Position numbers and translations under genes: made by a program. This document shows positions 51,918 through 58,198 of a stretch of DNA of 64,000 nucleotides, piece after piece; positions within the stretch are counted from its first letter, which is position 1; every line of letters begins with the position of its first letter. Under the pieces are notes generated by a model. That model saw only the letters and a list, made by a program, of their open reading frames with translations, was not told where the DNA came from and did no database searches. Origin of the DNA: Fimbriimonadales bacterium (lineage in GTDB: Bacteria; Armatimonadota; Fimbriimonadia; Fimbriimonadales; ATM1); NCBI GenBank assembly GCA_051003155.1, contig JBPCLO010000053.1, positions 26,676 through 90,675 on the forward strand. The letters are read 5' to 3'.

Positions 51918-52964
51918 TCGCTGGCGGCAGAATGCGTCCCTGTTTCCCGTCGGCAGTCCGCAGTTTCCAGTCTGCAGCCTAAAAAAGGAGCCCCGCGAGT
52001 GCCGAGTGCCGACAGAGTTCCGGAACCCCGAACTGAAAAGTGAGACCAGCCTTCGCCGTTTTATGGGCGTCGAGCGTGTTCTCCAAGCATATGCTTGTCG
52101 GCTCCGAACATCTTAGAGCAATCCCGCGCATCGCAGGGCAACCTCATTATATCACGACTGCCGACTGTCGACTGTCGACTGTCGACGGGGATCGGGATGA
52201 CGGTCCAACTCCTCAAAGTCGCCCTATTCAGAAAATGGAAACCCGATCCACCGCAGCGCACGAATCCCGCCGGCCCAAAATCAACGCGGCCGAACTCGCC
52301 GGCTACTTATACCAAAGGGCCTTGAACACTATAAAAAGGGTTTTGCCCAGATGCTGGCCCATGCGGGCGATCGAAGGAAGCCTGGCGATTTATGCAAGCA
52401 GGTTCGGGCTTTAGCCATCGAGCCGATGTACACCCTCAAACCGGCAGAGGGTGGGGTAAGAATTAAAACTGAAAAAGCGTTACCTAACATGCTGCCCGGG
52501 TGAATCTGCAAGCAATTCGTCCGGAGAAGAGTCAAACTTTGCGGTCCTTTATCGCTACCGCTTTTGGCGCGAGGGAGGTCGGATGCGAAAGTCGTACGTT
52601 AGGCAGGAGGATCATGCAGGTGTGCTGCCAGACCAGATTGTTGGATGGTCCGGCCGATCAGATCAAATGTTCCGACTTAGCGGCAATGGTTGAAGTGAAG
52701 GGATAACGTGAGCCTAGTAAAAACAACAGGCAATGGGATAGTCCCTCAGCGATCTCGCTTGCTGCTATCCCGGGAACGCCCACAAGCCCGGTGATTCGGC
52801 CGAGCCAGGGATAGTGAGCGTGGGTCTCATGACTTTCTGCACGGCACGTCCCGCCGTACGTCTCACGGGTAACCGCGCGGGAGTAGGTAATGGCGAAAGC
52901 GCGGCGAGCGGTTACCTACGCCACCCTAGTTCACTCCATTTTCATGGGCACCGACTGAAAACCC

Positions 52965-53633
52965 TCAACGCTCCAATGCTTGACGCTCCAGCACCAGGAA
53001 TGGAAGTGCCTGGTGCAGGGCGAATCCCAATTTCTCGTACATCCCCTTCGCAGGATTGTCGGACTCGGTGTGCAGGAAGGCAACGTCGCCCTGGTTCTGC
53101 ACCTGGTGGACAAGGTGGCGGGTTAGGCGGCCAGCGAGGCCCTGGCCGCGGAACTGCGGATGTGTGCAGATGGCGCTCAGCTCCTGGTGGCCGTCCATCG
53201 CCATGCGGATGCCGGCCATGGCGTAGAGGCGGCCGCCCTCGAGGAATCCGAAGTAGTCTCCGAGCCTTGCCGTTTCGGGGCGGAAGTAGGCGGGGTAGAC
53301 GAGCGCGGTCAGCTCCAGCATGGCTGGGATGTGCTCCTCGGTGAGCAAGATCGCTTCCGGGTCAGGCTCGGCGGGCAGGCTCTCCGGCCGCACATATTGA
53401 TGGATCTCGATCTCGCGGACGATGCTCCAGCCCAGAGGAGGGATGACGCCGAGGATGCCGACGCGCTCACCGTCTTCGACAATTGCATTTAGGTCGGCGG
53501 CCGCGCGCTTGCTCGCCTCTCTGACGGCGATGAACGGCGTCACCTGCGGCGGGTAGCGGCGGGCCATGCTGTTTTCGATCGCCAGGTGCGCGTGCCTCGT
53601 GTTCAGGGAATGCCAGATCGGATTGTCGAGCAT
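52965..53633 (-). CDS. GNAT acetyltransferase (FR47-like C-terminus)
   Basis: LDNPIWHSL, ELSAICTHPQFRGQGLA and FLHTESDNPAKGMYEKLGF motifs. Confidence 0.9.
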   Translation of the reverse strand: MLDNPIWHSLNTRHAHLAIENSMARRYPPQVTPFIAVREASKRAAADLNAIVEDGERVGILGVIPPLGWSIVREIEIHQYVRPESLPAEPDPEAILLTEEHIPAMLELTALVYPAYFRPETARLGDYFGFLEGGRLYAMAGIRMAMDGHQELSAICTHPQFRGQGLAGRLTRHLVHQVQNQGDVAFLHTESDNPAKGMYEKLGFALHQALPFLVLERQALER

Positions 53634-53892
53634 AGACACGGTGGAGTCTACATGTCGAACGCCCTTGCCTACAGAGCCGGCTCTTCTGCTTTCTTCATCA
53701 TGCGATAGAAACATCGGCTCGCCGCCCTAATCCAGGCCCTGAGGGATGATCATCTTGCTCGGCCCGATTCTCCATGGTGCCAGGGGCGATTGAGAAGAAC
53801 GGCTGGCACGTCCGGTCGTCGATTTCTCCGGCCTAGTCGTTCTCCCTCCCCCTCCCCCTCCCCAACCGGAGTTGGAGAGAGGGAGCCTATTC

Positions 53893-54159
53893 TTAGCCCC
53901 GGCCAACGCCGGCGGCGCGGAGATCGGCGGCGTTGACGCCTTTCCCCTCGCAACACGAGCACAGCTTGCCGTCCACCACGACGGCGGGGACGCGCGTGAC
54001 GCCGTAGGCCATCGCCTTTTCGCGGCACTCCATCGTCTCGCACCCTTCGCGGAGGTCGTAGACGGTGACGGTGCAGTTAGGGCACGCGGTCTCGTTGACG
54101 GTGCGGACGGCCTCGTCGCAGAGGGGGCATCCGGCGATAAATACTTCAATCTTTGCCAT
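53893..54159 (-). CDS. Small Cys-rich thioredoxin/glutaredoxin-fold protein
   Basis: GCPLC, CPNC, cis-Pro VPAVVVDG and CSCC; 9 Cys in 88 aa; SD AGGAG. Confidence 0.9.
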   Translation of the reverse strand: MAKIEVFIAGCPLCDEAVRTVNETACPNCTVTVYDLREGCETMECREKAMAYGVTRVPAVVVDGKLCSCCEGKGVNAADLRAAGVGRG

Positions 54160-54171
54160 TTCTGTTTTCTC

Positions 54172-54843
54172 CTATCGTTTTGTGGGGAGGCTGGCGGCAA
54201 AGAGCGGGCCGAATCGGTCCCCTCTCGCCGCCGCGATCCCGAGATAGACGCGGGCTCCGCTGACCGTGCCGACATGGGCGATGAGCGCGACATTCGCGTA
54301 TCTCCCGTCGAACTGGACCGACGCATTCAGCCCTTTTGCCAAAGGCGCAACCACGCCACCGATGAACCTCGTTTCGCTCCTCGTGGTGACCTGGGCAATC
54401 CCGGCATAGACGTTCACAGGAACTCCGAGCTTTGTGGGAAAGCTTTTGCCCGCCGTGAGGAACACCATTTGGCGTCCGTCCTCCAGCGAATCCACCATCG
54501 CGCCTGTCGCCAGCGAAGGCCGGCCCCGCTTTTCGGGCGAGAGGACGTAGCTGATGAGCGGTCGGACGATCTCTTGCTTCTTGAGATAGCCCATGCCGAC
54601 TTCCAATCTCTCGTCCACGCCATAGCGCAGAAAGATTTCGGTTTTGCCGGCCAGCCCTTCGGAATGCATCCCCGAAAGGAAGAGCGTGCCTTTTCTCGTG
54701 AGTGTCCCGATCGAACCGGCCGGGTCTCCGCCTTGAGCGGCGAATCCGCTCGCGGGTCATATCGGTCACCCGGAGGTGGTTTGAGCTTGGACGCGTATCG
54801 TCAGGGCGACGAGCACGCTTACCATGGTGAGCTTGAGGTTCAT
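54172..54843 (-). CDS. Putative double-selenocysteine (UxxU) exported/outer-membrane protein, 223 aa
   Basis: ATG overlaps the MerR stop (ATGA) with SD AAGGAG; signal peptide; TGA at codons 26 and 29 (G-U-P-I-U); frame continues into the 165-aa ORF at 54669. Confidence 0.78.
54728..54755 (-). promoter_or_regulatory. Candidate bacterial SECIS hairpin
   Basis: CCGC-GAGCGG-ATTCG-CCGCTC-AAG-GCGG immediately 3' of the second TGA. Confidence 0.55.
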
Positions 54844-55250
54844 TTATGCTCCTTAAGGGCATCGGTTTGCAGGATTGCGCAAAGGCATTCGGCTTTCGGG
54901 AGGGTGCCCCGTTCCCAAGCCATGAGTTGGGCCTCTAAATGGGCTTGCAGGCGTTGGAGGTCGTGGATTTCACGACCGATGGTCTTGATGCGCTCCTTCA
55001 CGAGGCTCGCGATCTCGGCGCACGGCTCGGGCTCTTGATCGAGAGCGTCGAGCGCAGTGCGAATGAGCTTGAGCGGGAAGCGCTGTCTTTTGGCGGCGAT
55101 GATCAGGCGAATGCGTTCAAGGTCGGTCTGTTCGTACTCTCGGTAGCCGGACTCGCGTGTTCGGGGCTTCGGCATGAGCCCTTGCGCTTCGTAGAAACGC
55201 ACGGTGCTGACGCTGATTCCGGCCGCTTTCGCGAGTTCGCCAATCTTCAC
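54840..55250 (-). CDS. MerR-family metal-responsive transcriptional regulator
   Basis: KIGELAKAAGISVSTVRFYE...SGYREY; Cys at the start of the dimerisation helix (PCAE) and C-terminal CLC. Confidence 0.93.
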   Translation of the reverse strand: MKIGELAKAAGISVSTVRFYEAQGLMPKPRTRESGYREYEQTDLERIRLIIAAKRQRFPLKLIRTALDALDQEPEPCAEIASLVKERIKTIGREIHDLQRLQAHLEAQLMAWERGTLPKAECLCAILQTDALKEHK

Positions 55251-55257
55251 ATTGGAT

Positions 55258-55289
55258 AGTGTGAACTGTGAAGTAGGGTTGCGAGTCAA
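55258..55289 (-). promoter_or_regulatory. MerR-type long-spacer promoter
   Basis: TTGACT-N20-CACACT, 7 nt before the GTG; weak dyad ACTcgcAA...TTcacAGT. Confidence 0.6.
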
Positions 55290-55356
55290 GGGGTCGCCGA
55301 AAAAACTTGGCGACGAGTCTCACCAGTTAGATACGGAAAGCTCATCAAGTTAAGGA

Positions 55357-55379
55357 TGGAGCCGACGGCCGGATTCGAA
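55357..55379 (-). other. tRNA 3' fragment (T-loop, acceptor stem half and CCA; Thr-like), att-site remnant
   Basis: Minus strand reads TTCGAATCCGGCCGTCGGCTCCA; no 5' half present. Confidence 0.7.
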
Positions 55380-55612
55380 TGGAGAGGGTCCCCCTGCGGC
55401 AGTCTTAACAGCCCCGGGTACCGATCCCAGAACTGGTCCATCATCCCATCTTCGTCTTCTATCCGATAGCGAAACCATCATGCTGACCGTCAACGAAGTC
55501 GGCCGGTTGAGACGGTTGTCGTGACGTAATTCGCTGTGACGTGCATTCGTCAGGGTGGCCGGGTTTCTTTACATTCGACTCCGTTTTGAACAGCGCCCTT
55601 TTCGTTAGAGAC

Positions 55613-55810
55613 TGTGGTTCTCCGCGAGGGAGAATACAGGGGTGCGAAGAGTGTTTACCAAAGAGTTCAAGCTGGGGTGTGCCGCAAGGCGTACGGCCTC
55701 GTCAGCAAGAGCCAAGTAAAGCGCGAGCATAACCTCGGAAATGCGACCTTGGAAAGGTGGCTCGAGCAGTATATGGCGCGTGGCGACGAGGCCTTCGAAG
55801 GTGACTGGCG
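55613..55810 (+). pseudogene. IS3-family transposase OrfA remnant
   Basis: RRVFTKEFKL, frameshift, then VCRK...QVKREHNLGNATLERWLEQY...GDEAF HTH; a TG-starting putative IR at 55613. Confidence 0.7.
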
Positions 55811-55880
55811 GCCTTATAAAGGATGCGAGCCAAACGAAGATCCGCGATCGACAACGGCGACAACGGCGTCATGCTGGTAC

Positions 55881-56399
55881 TCAAGGTTGGGATCGAATTG
55901 GAGTCTCATTCTTGGTTCTCGCCCTCATCCGGCCTTCGGCCACCTTCTCCCAATGGGCGAAGGGTGTTGGAGTTTCCTCTCCCTGAGGGAGAGGCCCTGG
56001 CCGGCGCTGCCGAGCGAGGGGTGAGGGAGACAATCCTGCACCATTGGCAATTCGCGACTCGCAAACTTCGACGATCCAGCTCGCAATGGCGTCGACATCT
56101 CGCTGAATGGCCGCCGCAGGAATGCGTATGGTTTCGATTCCATTATCAGCTAGGCGTCGATCTCTCGCCTGATCCCTATCGCCGATAAATCGATGCGTCT
56201 CGCCATCGACTTCAATTGCGAGCCTTGCTGCGTGGCAATAAATGTCAACGTAGTTGCCATGGATCGGAGTCTCGCGCCTAAAGCGCAGACCAGGCTTCTG
56301 CATCCGCCGCAACGCGTTCCAAAGACGCCGCTGCGATGGCGGCATCTGCTTGCGCAACGCCCTTGCACGACTAGTTTGTTGGTCGCTCTGATCGGGCAT
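55881..56399 (-). CDS. DUF559 (Vsr-like) endonuclease; 3' end reads through the flanking repeats
   Basis: RARALRKQMPP...LWNALR...FRRE...VDIYC...LAIEVDGETH...RD motifs. Confidence 0.88.
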   Translation of the reverse strand: MPDQSDQQTSRARALRKQMPPSQRRLWNALRRMQKPGLRFRRETPIHGNYVDIYCHAARLAIEVDGETHRFIGDRDQARDRRLADNGIETIRIPAAAIQRDVDAIASWIVEVCESRIANGAGLSPSPLARQRRPGPLPQGEETPTPFAHWEKVAEGRMRARTKNETPIRSQP

Positions 56400-56466
56400 C
56401 TCGTCTATCTCCCTCACCTCGTCCACGAGCAAGCTCGGGACGGTCCTCTCCCAAGGGGAGAGGAGA
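55922..56466. repeat. Palindromic CCCTCA/CCTCTCCC-GGGAGAGG repeats flanking DUF559
   Basis: Units at 55922-55964, 55976-56030 and an inverted unit at 56408-56466; a related unit near 53842-53885. Confidence 0.8.
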
Positions 56467-56541
56467 CGCACAAGACTGGAGACGGAGCCGCGGACCGGCC
56501 CCTCCCCGCCGCTGAAGCGCCGGAGAGGGGATCTGTTTTCA

Positions 56542-58101
56542 CTACTTCTTGGTGATTAGGACGTGTCGTGTGGCGGGGTCGAAGTCTACGTTGAAGTTTA
56601 GCGCTTCACTGATGAAGCTGAGCGGCACGATCGTGCGGCCTTTCTCCAGGAACGGGACGACTTCGAGCTTGAACTCTTTGCCGTTGACCTTCGCGTAGAG
56701 GCCGCCGATCTTGATCCAGACTTCCTTGCCGAGGCCCTTGGCCGTGCAGATTTTTTCGAACTTCTGCCAGTCCACCTCGCCGCCGGCGCCCTCGAAGAGG
56801 TGGCGGAAGGGGCTGAGCGGCACGCCGCCGTCGACCCGGGGCACGACGTCGAACTCGACCGGCTTGCCGTCAACCGAAATCGTGACCGCGCCGTTCTCGA
56901 GGCGCATACCCGGGGCGATCTTCATCGTGGCGGGCTTTGGCGCGGGCGCGGGTTTAACAACCTCCGGCTTGGGCGCAGGCTTGATCACTTCGGGCTTCGC
57001 GCCGGGGGCGGCGGGCTTGATGGTGATCGCGGGGGCCGGCTTGGTGACCGGCTTCGGGGCAGCCTCGGCGTAGACCGGCGGGTTCGTCGGCTTGGCCTTC
57101 GGAGTTACGTCGGGAAGGATGGGCTCGCCAGCCGGCTTCCGCGTTACTACAGGCTTGGGTGCCGGCTTCGTCGCGGGTTTTGTTGCCGGCTTGGGCGTGG
57201 GGGCTACTGCCGGCGCGGCGTTGGGCGCCGTCTTCGTGACGGGCTTGGGTGCGGGCTTCGGGGCCGGCTTGGAAGCCGGGGCTACCGGTACGGGCTTGAG
57301 GGCCGGTTTAGGTGCCGGCGCTACGACGGGCTTGGGGGCCGGTTTAGGTGCGGGCTTCGTTGCCGGTGCGGGCTTCGTTGCCGGTACGGGCTTCGTTGCC
57401 GGTACGGGCTTCGTTGCCGGCTCGGGCTTCGGCGCTACTTCGGGGTCTTGGCGCTCGGTGCGGCCACCGGGGTTATTGACCAAAACTCGGACGGGCTGCG
57501 ACTTGCGGGTGGTCTGGCTCCGGTCGAAGGTCCAAGCCTCGATCTCGTGCCAGCCGTTGGACTCCTGGGTGGTATCCCAGTGGTACGAAAACGGCGGGTA
57601 ATTCTTGAGCGATTTGAACTGCTTGTCGACGAAGAACGAAACGTAGGCTTCGCGCATCTCTACGCCCAGGCCGACCGAGATTTCGACAGTGCCCTGGACG
57701 GTCGCACCGCCCTTCGGCATGCGCACGTAAACGGGCTGCTTGTCTTTGGTTTGAGCAAAGACGGTGGCCTTCTCGGTTCCGAGAAGCTTGCCCTTCACGT
57801 CGTACAGGAAGGCTTCGATGATGTTGTCGCCTTGGCCGAGCGTACCGGCCTCGATCTTGAATGCGACGAGGCCCTTCGACCTGTTGGCGTTCAGGTTCTT
57901 GCTGCCGATGTTGACTCCGTTGATTCGCAGAGAGATCTTGGCGGCTTTGGCGCCCGAGTACTGAACTCCGAGCGACGGCGATTCGCTGCTCCTAATGAAC
58001 CTGATCGTGGCGTCGACGTAGACGAAACTAAAGGCGGCGGCAGCGAGCAGAGTTGCCCCTGCGGCGGCCAAAAAGCGCTTGACTGTCATTCCCATTTGCA
58101 T
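56542..58101 (-). CDS. Secreted protein: Ig-like domains, Pro/Lys/Ala-rich linker and copper-amine-oxidase N-terminal (stalk) domain
   Basis: Signal peptide; WDTT...NGWHEIEA Ig-like motif; FDVVPRV...PFRHLFE...GRTIVPLSFISEAL; 18-bp tandem repeats at 57351-57420. Confidence 0.88.
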   Translation of the reverse strand: MQMGMTVKRFLAAAGATLLAAAAFSFVYVDATIRFIRSSESPSLGVQYSGAKAAKISLRINGVNIGSKNLNANRSKGLVAFKIEAGTLGQGDNIIEAFLYDVKGKLLGTEKATVFAQTKDKQPVYVRMPKGGATVQGTVEISVGLGVEMREAYVSFFVDKQFKSLKNYPPFSYHWDTTQESNGWHEIEAWTFDRSQTTRKSQPVRVLVNNPGGRTERQDPEVAPKPEPATKPVPATKPVPATKPAPATKPAPKPAPKPVVAPAPKPALKPVPVAPASKPAPKPAPKPVTKTAPNAAPAVAPTPKPATKPATKPAPKPVVTRKPAGEPILPDVTPKAKPTNPPVYAEAAPKPVTKPAPAITIKPAAPGAKPEVIKPAPKPEVVKPAPAPKPATMKIAPGMRLENGAVTISVDGKPVEFDVVPRVDGGVPLSPFRHLFEGAGGEVDWQKFEKICTAKGLGKEVWIKIGGLYAKVNGKEFKLEVVPFLEKGRTIVPLSFISEALNFNVDFDPATRHVLITKK

Positions 58102-58150
58102 GCACCCTCCGGGTAGTGGTTAGCGAGAAAGGTTATCCCCGTTGCGGGCT

Positions 58151-58178
58151 ATTGTACCCATGGGGAAGTCCTTTGCAA
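58151..58178 (-). promoter_or_regulatory. Sigma70-like promoter of the stalk-domain gene
   Basis: TTGCAA-N16-TACAAT. Confidence 0.5.
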
Positions 58179-58198
58179 GGACGGGGTTCGCCAGGCGG

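Noticed and set aside
54757..54768. UGA reassigned to Trp/Gly genome-wide, or a simple pseudogene
   Set aside because: TGA is a normal stop for many genes here (ku, hutU, aroQ, mtnA, merR). Two stops in exact CxxC spacing with no other lesion argue against decay, though this is not formally excluded.
54146..54862. 238-aa stop-free ORF overlapping the proposed selenoprotein in another frame
   Set aside because: Arg-rich non-protein-like composition, no SD or signal peptide, and it overlaps both neighbours. The UGA-containing frame has an SD, ATGA coupling and a signal peptide.
55300..55440. Intact tRNA gene
   Set aside because: Only the 3' 23 nt match; there is no D arm or anticodon arm.
57351..57420. 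CRISPR array (also considered the 63560-64000 repeats and the heptamer arrays)
   Set aside because: These are in-frame coding or simple tandem repeats without unique spacers, and no cas genes are present.
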